NCBI RefSeq assembly: GCF_001194135.2
Contig: NC_068983.1
Span: forward strand, 101,820,019 to 101,862,833
DNA: 42,815 nucleotides
Reading direction: 5' to 3'
Origin: Octopus bimaculoides
Taxonomy: Eukaryota
Each line of letters opens with the position of its first letter. Position 1 is the first letter of the stretch. The notes under the pieces are model-generated. The model searched no databases. It worked only from the letters and a program-made list of their open reading frames with translations, and was not told where the DNA came from. The position numbers were made by a program, and so were the translations under genes. Positions 1-12,345 of this stretch are shown here, one piece after another.

Positions 1-1
1 A

Positions 2-4
<3 letters not shown>

Positions 5-55
<51 letters not shown>

Positions 56-70
56 GTGTGTGTGTGTGTG
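5..70. repeat. (TA)n followed by (TG)n microsatellite
   Basis: Directly visible. Confidence 0.95.
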
Positions 71-1256
71 CGCAAGTATGTACTAGAGAGGAAGAGAGAC
101 AAGTGGCAACTAATAACTTTGGGATGTGTATGTGTAAGAAATCAATTATAGAATCTACCTAGTTGTCAGCAAATATGGCCCTGATACTGGGTGCTTGTAC
201 ATGGGGGGCATAATGAGATGGGCTATTGTCCATCAACTGTCACATTTTATCAGTAATCATAATCAAGACAAAGATCAAATGGTATGGCTAAGGTATGTAA
301 GGATTCTCAACTGGGTATGACTTCAGGCGCAACTTCTCATTGCCTTCCACAGGTCCATGGGATGCTAACAAAATATTTGTCACAATGCTCCTGCATTGAA
401 AAACGTGCTGAGTTTTTATGGTGGTGTATGTACTATGCTAGGTTAAACCCCCAAAAGAATCACGAAGTCATTATTTAAAAACATTCTGCTATTGCTATAT
501 ATATTGTCTAAGCATCCACATATATATATATAATTGTGTGTGTGTGCATGCATGTTTGTGTATATATGTGTGTCTGCATGTGTATCTATCTATGTACACA
601 CTCACACATTTGGTTCTTTCTATCAAGTAAACAATACAAAGCATAGATCAATTGCTATATGTTCATGTTCTCCAGTTCCAAGATAATTTTTCTAAAGAGC
701 TTGTTTCTTGTCTCACTTTGCTACTAAGTCCATTAAGAAATTGGGTTAGAATGCTCAATCATTCTATTAAATGAGTGGCATGTGTATGAAGATAAGGAGA
801 TTCTTAACAAGTTTAGACATCATAAAGATCTATACATTTTTACTGAATTTTTTCATTTTTTGTTTATGATAATGATCCATTATTCCATTGTGTATGTTTT
901 TGCAGCTTGGGATACTTTGTAATGCTAATTTCTGAACCATGAACCAACATCGATTTTAGTTTGTCAGATCAAAGAAAACTGAATGTGTCTTGTTTTAGTG
1001 CACAGCCAATAAAGAATTGAATGCCTAAAATTGCATCTAAGCACTTTTATTCAGCCAAAGCTGGAGTAAAAATATGGGTTAAAAGTTGCAATGATACAAT
1101 GGAGGAGGTGAAAACCACTAAATCAGATAAAAAATGGAATTCAGTATAAAGAATGTTGATGCCTCTATTTCAACAGAAGTACAATATAATGCATTTGAGG
1201 GTTTCATTATTTGCCTTAACAACTCCCCCTTTCAACTTTTATTAATATCTACAACT

Positions 1257-1473
1257 CTTAAGGTTGTGAGCTGGCAGAATTGTTATCATACCAGGCAAAA
1301 TGCTTAGCAGCATTTCATCCATCTTTACATTCTTAGTTCAAATTCCACCAAGGTCGACTTTGCCTTTCATCCTTTCAGGGTCAATAAAGCAAGTACCAGT
1401 TGAGCACTGGGGTTGATGTAATCGACTTACCACCTCCCCCAAAATTGCTGGCCTTGTGCCAAAATTTGAAATC
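1257..1473 (+). mobile_element. tRNA-derived SINE, local family B
   Basis: A-box-like GAGCTGGCAGAA and B-box-like AGTTCAAATTCC. Same body as the copy at 2954. Flanks aatatctacaact (1244-1256) and aatatttacgact (1474-1486) form a decayed TSD. Confidence 0.85.
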
Positions 1474-2100
1474 AATATTTACGACTATGAATGTAAAGAT
1501 TCTCTTGACATCAATGAGGAAATGTCATTTAATAAATGTTGAAATATATGCCCTCTTCAGGCAACATTTGCATTAAGGAATATTTTGTTTGTTGTTCTAA
1601 GTGTAAAAATTTAAATGTTTGCTTTCAGTTTTAAAGACAAAACATAGGATTACATATTGGCTATCACAATGCTTCCTGCTACTCTGAACTAGCTGTGTAC
1701 TAATACTACTGCAACTATCCAGGTTTTTCAGTTGTAGGTGTTTGGATTGGGCATCAGTCATATTAATATCACCAGTCAGGGAGGGCTTACTTGCAAAGGT
1801 CAGAGGTGCTGATTAATCCAGGTGTATGCACAGGTTATTGAAAGATTTCTATTTTGATATAATTTGAAAATTTTAAAGTGGTGCAATACTTCTATATAAT
1901 TTTAAAATTCCCGTAGTTATCTAAAGTAAGTAAATGATTTCACTTTTTAAACTGCTTACTAATTCATACTTGTGTGTGTGAATAAGAGGTCAGGTGAGAC
2001 TTTGTGAGACAAGTTGACTTCTAATATCTGTAAATATTGTTTGCCTTTCAAAAGTATACATACACTTTCTGTGTCTCTTACTCATTCACACACGCACACA

Positions 2101-2145
<45 letters not shown>

Positions 2146-2290
2146 NNNNNNNNNNNNNNNNNNNNNNNNNNNNNNNNNNNNNNNNNNNNNNNNNNNNNNN
2201 NNNNNNNNNNNNNNNNNNNNNNNNNNNNNNNNNNNNNNNNNNNNNNNNNNNNNNNNNNNNNNNNNNNNNNNNNNNNNNNNNNNNNNNNNN
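2146..2290. other. Assembly gap (145 N) between (TA)n and a T32 run
   Basis: N run. The overlapping X-rich ORFs are artefacts. Confidence 0.99.
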
Positions 2291-2322
<32 letters not shown>

Positions 2323-2953
2323 CATATTCATAGATATCCCTATACATTCTAAGCTTAAATTCCACCCCTCTTATGCAGTTATTCATCCACTCTATGCAAG
2401 GCAAGCTCTGTGAATTTCTGGCCTTGAACCTAATATCAGAAATTAATAGCATTCCTGTACATAGAATTTTCTCCCTCTCCATAAACTGATAATATAATAT
2501 AAAATATATATGATATTAATATCATGGTAGTTTGCAAGTTATTTTCAATATGTTGTGTATGTGTACAAAATACTTCACATGTGTTAGTATTAAACTGTGC
2601 AAACATGATGTAGCTTACAGTGATAAAGTATAAACACTGAAACAAGTTTTCATTGATTTTTGGTGTGAACTTTTTATATTTTAAAATATTTTCTTTCACT
2701 TTCATATCAAAGTAATGTTGAATTTAGTTTTGTGTTGAGTTTGAAATGAATTCTGTCTCCTAAGTGCTTTGCAAGATTTACTCAAAATCATAAGAAATTT
2801 TATTTTGCTACTTATACTTTGTGAAGGCACACTGTGATTTTTTGAAGTCACAGTTTAACTACACCCTCATCTAAATACATTTCAATCAAGTTTTCTGTGG
2901 TACTTTTCGAGCTGCTACTCTTGTATTGATGTATTCATTTACACTGAGGTTTA

Positions 2954-3141
2954 AGGCGGTGAGCTGGCAGAATCGTTAGCACACTGGGCAAAATACTTAG
3001 CAACATTTCATCCATCTTTATGTTCTGAGTTCAGATTCCACCAAGGTCGACTTTACCTTTCATCCTTTTGGGGTTGGGGGTCGATATAATCGACTTACCA
3101 ACTCCCTCAAAATTGCTAGCCTTGTGCCAAAATTTGAAACC
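2954..3141 (+). mobile_element. SINE family B with perfect 18-bp TSD
   Basis: Head AGGCGGTGAGCTGGCAGAATCGTTAGC, end GTGCCAAAATTTGAAAC. catttacactgaggttta occurs at 2936-2953 and 3142-3159. Confidence 0.9.
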
Positions 3142-3246
3142 CATTTACACTGAGGTTTATTCTACATCAGCCATTACAGATAATGGCTAATAATTTTCAG
3201 TTGTAAATTAAAAGTATGTTATTATTGGTGTTTGATGATTGTTGTT

Positions 3247-3397
3247 GTTTAGCCTGAAGTCATCTCTGATCAAGCAGACATATTAATCAAAAGGCATCCA
3301 AGAGATCCTGACCACCCAAGTAGGAGCTGTAGTATGGTTACTTGATCTGCTAGAAATAGTAGCCAAATATTCTTCAAATCACACTGTACTGTCTTTT
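3247..3397 (+). repeat. Unclassified interspersed repeat (local family E); related pieces near 31165-31383 and 37060-37360
   Basis: Shared motifs GTTTAGCC...TGATCAAGCAGAC...TCAAA and CTGCTAGAAATAG...TCAAATCACAC recur in both orientations. Boundaries are approximate. Confidence 0.5.
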
Positions 3398-5324
3398 GAT
3401 GATAGTTGTTTATTTTGTTGTTTTATCCCTTATCTGCTATTATGATACTGGATCAACTGAAGTTCAAATGATAATGCTGAGGCTGTACCAGTAATGACAG
3501 TAACTGCACTATAATTTGACAGTTATTTGACTAGCTCAGCTCAGGGGAAGTAATCTTTCCTTCAGCTTGATAAGTACTTCTTTTGCCATGTCTAGTTTTA
3601 CTGACATTAAAATTATCTCCATAAGTTCATGTTAAACAATTTCTCTAATTCTTTCTGTTTATTTCTTCCTCTGTGTATATGCATGCATATATACTTCCAC
3701 ACCTCTATATCTATACACACATACATCACACACACAATTTTTACATGTACACTATGTAAGAAATTATTTCTAGTCTTGCTCTAGAATAAGTGTGGTGTTA
3801 CAACTTCCATAAAGAGCAGTTCCAGCTACCAGATAATCTATATTTTGAATTTATTGGGTCTCATTAAGCTTTAGTGCAGTCATAGAACATACGCTCTTTC
3901 AGTCAGATTGTTTATGTATCAATCAATATTTAGTCTAAATTACTTGGTTGTGTTATGTATGTATTTATGTATTTATGTCAACTACAATAAGGTTGACATG
4001 CAAAATATTTTTTATCTTTTACTCAATGCTGTATTTTACAGTTAGCCTGTTATAGAAAGTTTCTTTAACAATATATTCCAAATAAAACAAATATGTAACC
4101 CCAACATTCTTCAGACTATTGACAGTGTTTGCATAGCTTGACACCATATCACTTGAGTTGTGTTTATTTAATAATGAAATATGATACAACAGCAAAACAA
4201 CTGCCTTCTTTGATTTGGGGTCAAGCGTACTGTCAGTGTTGGAGCTACACTAGAAACTCTCAGTATGTGTGTGCTAGCTATCTGTTGGAGAGTTACTATC
4301 AAATAGGAACCTGATAGCAGTACTAACCTTTTTGAGTTATGCTGAGGGTTCAACTGAAGTAGAAAAGACGAGTAATTAGGATAGACAACAGCAAAATTTC
4401 AAAGTAACCATTATGTGGGAACAGAAGGATGAATCCTAAGCTGAAGCAGTGACTCAAGAACTAAGTAAAGAACTAATACAATGATATATGACAAGCTCAC
4501 AGACAATCGGGGTGTCTATAGCACTAGGCAGACAGTAAAAGGTGATAAAAAAACTGTTGACAAAAAAATGAACTGCTGCATCTGAGAAACACTGAAACTT
4601 ATATGAAACTTTTTGCTGCTGCTCTCTCTAATACCAACTTTTTTTAAGGATATATTCTATTAATCCATTTTTATGTATTAGAATGTGATGGTTTCCTAAT
4701 CTAAACCAAACTAGAAAAGATTGATTTCTATAGATATGGCATAGAAATCTCAACCGCTAGCACAATAAACATGGTATGATGCAGATTTCTTGTCATCTAC
4801 TATCAAATTATTGCTAGTAGCTGATGTTTATATGTATCTACCAGAGAAATACAGGTATATAATAGCCTTATGTCTACTTATGAAATTATACAGATATTGT
4901 ACTTTATTTTAAATGTGATATTATAAAGAACTGCAGTTTTGATTGACATGACAAATATTGTTTATATAGACATTAGGATGAATTTGATGACCTACCAGAT
5001 GATGCAATATGTCTGTGAGAGTGACTTGTCCTAAATAAGTAATTATTTGGATATTATTTAGTAATGTGTGTACCATTTTATGTAATATAACAATATTGTA
5101 TGAAAGAAAAAAAAATATAACCTTGATTACTATCAACAAGCTTCTCAGCTCTGACACCAATCCCCAAACTGCTTTGTTGTTGGAGTTTCGGTTATATATT
5201 AAAAATAAATTGATTTCCTAAAGAGCTATGATATTTAATATGTAAATACTCCATCTTTGCCTGTGTCAAGTAACTTCCAGCTGGTGCAATTACAGTACAT
5301 CTAATGGATATTTGCTACTCAAGC

Positions 5325-6090
5325 TGTGTGAAGAAGTGCCATTCCCAAACAGTAGAAGGAACCCGTGGTAGAGGGAGACCCAGGAAGACATGGGATGAGG
5401 TGGTGAAGCATGACCTTCAAACATTGGGCCTCAAAGAGGCTATGACAAAAGACCGAGACCTCTGGAGATATACTGTGACTGAGAAGACCCGGCAAATAAT
5501 GTGAGATCACAGCTGTAGCCTACACCAGTGACGCATAACCAGCCCACTCAAAAAAGTACCTTTGGATCATAGGACAACATGCCATGCTTGAGAAGACCTA
5601 TTGAGTCAAGTACATCAACATCAAAATCAAATCAAACCACAATCAGATGGAAATTGTAATTGTGGCTGATGTAATTGTAATTGTGGCAGCACTGGTGCTG
5701 CCTGTCTTACTCCACATGCCGGTGGCACGTAAAAAGCTCTATCCGAACGTAGTCAGTGCCAGCCCCCTCGCCATGACTGGCTCCTGTGCCAGTGGCACAT
5801 AAAAAGCACCATCTGAACATGGCCGATGCCAGCTCCGCCTTGACTGGCCCCCGTGCTGGTGGCACGTAAAAAAAGCACCATTCAAACATGTTCGATGCCA
5901 GCCCCCTCTGACCCCTGTGCCAGTGGCACATAAAAAGCACCCACTACACTCTCAGAGTGGTTGGCATTAGGAAGGGCATCCAGCTGTAGAAACACTGCCA
6001 GATCAGATTGGAGCCTGGTGCAGCATCCTGGCTTCCCAGATCCCAGTCAAACCGTCCAACCCATGCCAGCAAAGAAAACAGACATTAAAC

Positions 6091-6144
<54 letters not shown>
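5325..6144 (+). mobile_element. 5'-truncated RTE-clade LINE: ORF2 C-terminus, 3' UTR with tandem units, (GAT)18 tail
   Basis: ORF 5304-5504 SCVKKC...GRGRPRKTWDEVVKHDL...AMTKDRDLWR is typical of an RTE ORF2 end. The terminus is CCGTCCAACCCATGCCAGC...TTAAAC(GAT)n at 6091-6144. Confidence 0.85.
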
Positions 6145-8644
6145 AGTAAGCTATCACTGTTAGTCTTCTAACATTATAGTAACATTGTGGTTGTTATATG
6201 ATATTGATTAGAGAATAGTTTCTTGTAAAACTTTTGCATCAACCAGCTATAGGAAAAGATACTGGTACCCAGTCGTCTTTCTATTTGTTCATGTTCACTA
6301 TTTTTTAATAGTTAATTAAAAATAAGATTTATATTCTTCTATCTATTCTGAATGACTGAAGCATAGTCATCACAACTGTCGCCCTCATTATGACGTTATA
6401 TATTCAGTAGATCTGGAGCAGAATGTGTAACCAATCACATAGCTCTACTTGCTACATGTCATTTACATGAAATCATGTAATTGATGTTGTCTAACCATTT
6501 TCATGTATATTTAAAAGATTCTAGAAAAATCAAAAAAAATTTTTTTTATATATATTTCTTGAATCTTCCTCTATCATAGCATACAGGTTTTCTTCATATT
6601 TCTTTGATGATACACTAGATTAAGGTTTTACACTACAGCAAATTGTTTTGACATTTTCACAACAGTTTAGATATGTTTTGTTTGGGTAGGAAAGCATTGA
6701 AAGAGATAATGTAAATCTCATAGAGATTTCAAACCCTAGTTGTGCCATTATTACCAGAACACTGTTGTTTGAAAACAAATCATTTATTATAGCTGCATAT
6801 TAAAGTTTTTTGTTTCTAACAAAATTTTCTTTTAATGCATTATCAATTTTGTCATTGCTAAAGCAAGCTTCCAGCTCAAATTTATAATTAGTCATACTGG
6901 CAGTCTCATGGGTAATTATAAAATAAAGATCTAAAGGAAATGAGTTAAAACAGATCTTTTATTAACAGTTTCCAGATAAGTCTAATCTCCATTATTATAA
7001 TCTTGATTATGTATTCTGATATCTTTGCTGCTCAGACATTTGCTCTTGTGAAGACATTTGGTGAGAGTCAAATGCTTTACTTCACAAAGTAATTTTCTTA
7101 GTTTTAAATCCTATTTCTGTATTTCTCTTGAAATTTCATCATTTTTTTTTCATTTTTAACAGTTTATTATGATACCTATATTCCAAGTCATAAGATAATT
7201 ACTGAATAAGTTGCTACATTTAATTTTGGAATACCTGTTCTTAGACTGATATTAATAGCAGTTTTTATTTTCTTAATTTGTATGTGGTGTGTGTGTGTGT
7301 GTGTGTGTGTGCGTTTATGTGGGTGTGTGCATGGGTGAGGGAGAGAAGGGAGAGTGAGAGAATGAATGTTCTGCTTTGTTGTAGAATTGTAAAATTTTTC
7401 ACTTTATTCATGTGTCAGCTATATTTGTATCTATGTGAACTTTGATTATGTATGTATGTGTGGCATATGACTGACAAATGTTAAAGAACAGTTTGAAAGA
7501 GAGATATTCATGTAGCTATGACTAATGCTGCTTACATATGTAAAAGGGAAACAGTTTGAAAGGAAAACATATCTGCAGATTGGATTTGTTCTCTAGAAGA
7601 TAAATATAAATCTGCAAAGCTGGGAACATCTTTTCTTTTTCATGGCTAAAGACATTTTGCATTCTAATAAAGAAATAATTTTTCTCTCAAGCTAGAACCA
7701 TGTTTTTGAAGTTTAAAAGTTTAACCTTCTGAAGACAAATTAATTACAATCCAGGATGATTTAGGTCAGATATTTAAGATGATTATTTTATGTTGATAGG
7801 TTTAAGATATATTTTGACCTGTAGGTCAAGTTGCTATGGGAGCAAATGTAATTTCTCTCAGTATAACTCCTTGTTAAAACCTGAACAAACCAAAAACATA
7901 ACTGAATGAATACACAATCAACTTAATTGTAATTTCTCTTCAATCTTGATGTCTTGAATGTTTTTTATCACTCTAGTTTTTGAAATCCTTGTCAATGAAA
8001 TACTTTTGGTATTCAGGTATTTAAGAAAATAATGAATGAATGTAACAGAGAGACAGTTTAGATATAGGTTTGTATGTAAACACACACTCTTTCTCATTGA
8101 GAAAATGAATGTTACTATCTACCTCTCTGTTTAGAATAGAAATGGTATGATCGTCTAGACATTTTATATATGTATTGATAATTTCAAGGGGAATGTTTTT
8201 CATAAGGGTAAAAAACTGTAGGTGAAATTGAGTTAGTTATAAAATTATTAGAAAGAATTTGGACAGCTTTGAGCTGCTGATAGTCAACTGTTCAAAATTA
8301 AGTGTACAAAAAGATGAGTAGTAGAAACAGTTACCTTGTAAAGACAGAATGAAATTTGTGAATAAGTTGAGGTAAGTTAACGGTATGGAATTAAGGCCAG
8401 TATATTTTGTTTGTAAATAACCAGGATAAAGAGAGTAATAAGTAACTGAAGAAAATTCGGGGAAAGAGTGATCTTACATTTTTCTGAAATTACCTACATT
8501 AAGATTGAGTTGGAAGATAATCTATAACCAATGTTGCTGTATTTTAACAGTAATTTTGTCTACCAGGGTTTTTACATTTTTAGTTGAGGTTAATGTTTTG
8601 CCATTGGATAGTTTCTTCATATTCTGGTTTAAAAAATGTTTTTA

Positions 8645-8988
8645 TCAGTCCCACTGCATGGCATCTTGGGCAAGTGTCTTCTACTATAGCCTCGGGCCGA
8701 CCAAAGCCTTAAGAGTGGATTTGGTAGACGGAAACTGAAAGAAGCCCGTCGTATACATGTATATATATATATGTGTGTGCTTATGTTTGTGTGTCTGTGT
8801 TTGTCCCCCTAGCATGGCTTGACAACTGATGCTGGTGTGTTTATGTCCCTGTGACTTAGCAGTTCGGCAAAAGAGACCGATAGAATTAGTATTAGGCTTA
8901 CAAAGAATAAGTCCTGGGGTCGATTTGCTCGACTAAAGGCGGTGCTCCAGCATGACCACAGTCAAATGACTGAAACAAGTAAAAGAGT
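8645..8988 (+). mobile_element. SINE family C (internal TA/TG microsatellite, GTAAAAGAGT end), 5'-truncated
   Basis: Same body as copies at 21520, 32080 and 42243. Contains CTTGGGCAAGTG, which resembles the start of the CORE-SINE domain. Confidence 0.85.
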
Positions 8989-9111
8989 ATCTAACAAGCC
9001 ATAACTGCAATTAAAGGATGGCCTACAGAGGAGTGAGAATCAAACATATTGCTAAGAATATGTAAATCCAAAGACTCATTCTTCATTGACACAACTATGC
9101 TACTCATTATA

Positions 9112-9316
9112 ATGATTTCTAACCTTGGCATAAGGCCACAAATTTGTGGGGAGGGTATAATCTATTTTGCTAGTCCCAGTACTTGACTGATATTTATTCT
9201 ATCACTCTCAGAAGGATGAAAGGAAGCAGGATTTGAACTCAGTATGTAAAAGACATACGTAAATACTGCAAGGTATTTACTCTGGCACCCTGCCATTTCC
9301 GTCACTCCACCACCCT

Positions 9317-9317
<1 letters not shown>
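9112..9317 (-). mobile_element. Diverged SINE family B, adjacent to (TAA)n 9317-9352
   Basis: Reverse-complement matches: GGATTTGAACTC (B box), GGATGAAAGG, AAGGCCACAAATTT. Confidence 0.65.
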
Positions 9318-9353
<36 letters not shown>

Positions 9354-11984
9354 TGCTAATCTGCCTATATTTAACTTGCCACTTACATTTACATAGAACT
9401 TATCTTTTGCTTTCCTACATCTTCCTCTTGTAATTTTTATCATTTCACTTATCTATTTTTGCATATTTGCATGAATTCAACAAGTCTGCTTGGCCAACTA
9501 TACAAATAAATATCTGGTAACTTATTGAACAAATGAGCATAAATAATTTGTGTGAAGGCTTTGCAGAATGTTCTTGTTCATATCAACTAAGCAAAAAATA
9601 CAAACTCAAAAAACCTCCCCATTAAGGTAACTGTAAATTATAACTCTTATAGCATTTAGCTATTTAGTGTTTGTTCCCATACTCAGTTTGTTATAGTTTT
9701 GGATTTTTATTTTGATTTTTGATTTTTTTTTTTTTGTTACCTGTCTGATATATATCTTTCATTTTATCAAGTTGAAAGTAGAGGAGCTAATTTTATATAA
9801 AAGCAAAGAAAAATCTATGAATTGAGTCACCTCATGTTTTAATGTGTTAAACATATGTTAGGGAAGGATTTCAAAATGTACTTGTCTGATTTACTTACTA
9901 TCACAAAGAACTCCTCTTCACAACACACTCAACTTATCCCTGCATTTGAAATCATTGAAATTTTCTTTTCCTTTACATAACCCTAAAATCTCTGAAACTA
10001 CTTTGTATTTAGCTCTTCCTATATTTCCATTGGAAAGCAAAACAAACTTTATGCTAATTTTCTAATTTCTAGTTTCTCCAAATAGATAAATTATTTACCT
10101 TTAGGTTAAAAAAATAACTTTTTCCCATTAAGCTGCATCTAAGGCATTTGAGTTTGTGTGGAGAATAAAGTGTTTCCTAGTCCCTACAACCTTTAACTCC
10201 AAGACCCTTTAATCTCTCATTATCCAGCTTTTGCTCTAATGCATATCATAACCTTATTCCATGAAGTGAAGCTTTAATCCAGTTCACCACCAGGAACAGA
10301 TTACTTATCCCACTTACAAATTTACAATAGTGTAAATGTTAAAGGATAAAAATTTATTTTAAATTAATTATTAGTGACAGAAGCAGTATTAATGTGAACA
10401 GGTAATCTTTATAGGCATCCAATATTAAGTTTGATATAAAACTTGTTCTGTTTCTTTTGATGAAAGGTTTAATGTCTGTAGGTTTGTCCATGTTGCTGAA
10501 GAGCTCTGAACAAAAAAAAAATATGTGAAGACTAGTTATCTTCCTCCATTTCTGCTTCTTTATAATGATATTCAGTGAATGGAAACAGTTTTGTCTCCTG
10601 ACTTTAAACTGAATAACTTAGCCCTCATTTAGAGGCCATGACAGAATGATATTTACAGCATGATATAAAGTTGATTGATCCTTCTTAGCAATTCATAATG
10701 TTTTCAGCAATTTTGTTAAAAAATAAACAAAAGTGGATTTATGTATGACCTTTTTTCAAATTGCTATATCCTTTATTCTGCCCATGTCATTCAACTAGAT
10801 GAATATAATTGATTGGCAACTGTAATATATACATCATTTATATATCAAAATAAAAAGCGTTTTCTGTTAATAGATACTAAATGCTGTTCATTTTATGCTA
10901 AAATCTGGAATATAAATTTTATTTGAGGCTTTTCACCATAGAGGAATTAGTATGGATTTTATTATTAGCTTTTCTGAAAGGGGGAAAAACTTCTTTATCT
11001 TTTTTCAGTGTGAACCCATAGATTTTCTACATTATGGCATCAATACCCTGAAAAAGGTAGTATGTTCTGTATGTTGGTGTGCTTTAACCCAACTTTGTCT
11101 TGTTCTTTTCCCTTTACATGAAACCTTACCTATTTGCTATAATTCACTCACTCACAATACACAAACTGTGAACTGTTCATTTCACTTTAAAACACTCCTG
11201 CTTCATCACCATCATCACTCTCATCCTCCTCACTATCATCACTATCAACATTACCATCAGTGAGACTTCAACAGTATATAGAATGATGAGAAGTGACAGA
11301 AAGGTGTTTGTCATCAAATTATGGAGGCTGACTAAGTGTCCAAACAGTAAGAATTTGTGTGTACATTCATGCCTGTGTGTGGAAAATGGCTATGAAAAGC
11401 TTGTTACAGCTGTAACAAACTTTTCATATACCTAACAATGTTTCTTTAAATAAAAGCTTGAAATAACCCACCTTTGAATTTATATCATTTTTTTATATTG
11501 TCTAATTCTACTAACATGAGTGAGTCTTGTATAAATTTTTTAAAAATATTTTGAGGCTTTTTTTTTTTATCACCTTTATTTATTGGCCATGCTGCGATAT
11601 TTCCATCATGAAGCAAATAAGGGACTCAATAAGATTTTCATTTACAAAATACAATCTAAGATAACATTATGAAGTTATTGCAGTTTGCTATTGCAATATG
11701 TCTTTTGGAAAAAGATAAGCTCAATGCTTTCCTATTTCACTATTATCATTTGCTGTCAATGTTAGATTTGGTTATCTTTGGTTTAACACTAAAAGAGGTT
11801 ATATATATTTTAGGCAGTTCTTCTAAAGAGAAATTACAAAATAGAAGACTAAAAGAAATTTTGGAGTAGTTATAATTTTATAGTGTAAGATTATTAATTA
11901 TGTATTAAATGCTATTTTTCTCATCTTGATGACTGAGAAATTCAGTTGTTTTGTGTAATATTTTGTTCATGATCTCATGGGTGA

Positions 11985-12345
11985 TTTTGTACTAAATAAT
12001 GATGAAAGAAAAGCAACATAGAAGTATCAGTATAAGAAACGACTCAACAGAGTATGAATGGGATGAAGAGAGTTTATCCGTAGATAAGACAATGAGAACA
12101 GCAAAACATTGAGGGATAGTTGCCAACACACATAAAACCAGAAAGCTAGTAGAATTAGTACAAGTCATTCTGTTAACTAATCAGATCATGCAGGAAAGTA
12201 TTATCTTTGAAGACTAGTATAGTAGTACCATTATTAAGTTCCATAAAAGCTCTAGAGAGAGTAGATAACAGGGGTCTTCTCTAACAAACCAGCAAGAAGA
12301 GTAACTGAAAGAGTCATAGCACAGCTTGTATAGGCTGGGATTGAG
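11985..12345 (+). mobile_element. Old RTE LINE ORF2 fragment (may continue, heavily decayed, to about 13130)
   Basis: Aligns by eye to the RTE fragment at 42481 (CTAAAT...GAATGGGA.GAAGAG). Fragments TNQIMQESII, SSTIIKF and VTERVIAQL resemble the start of an RTE RT. Many stops and frameshifts. Confidence 0.55.

Noticed and set aside
2014-2482. ORFs of 81-134 aa spanning the first gap
   Set aside because: They consist of (TA)n, N and poly-T translations (YIYI, X, F/K runs).
4190-4560. Possible retroelement endonuclease or transposase relic
   Set aside because: Only vague similarities (e.g. SYAEGSTEVEK); no ordered motif series could be established.
5700-5945. Tandem units as a CRISPR array or hammerhead ribozyme
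   Set aside because: The context is a eukaryotic retroelement, spacers are homologous to each other, there are no cas genes and no CTGANGA/GAAA core.
6385-6445. TGACGT and CCAATCA promoter-like motifs
   Set aside because: Short motifs expected by chance; no TSS or first-exon evidence.
11401-11418. 18-bp perfect palindrome TTGTTACAGCTGTAACAA
   Set aside because: One 9-bp-arm palindrome in 43 kb of AT-rich DNA is near chance expectation.
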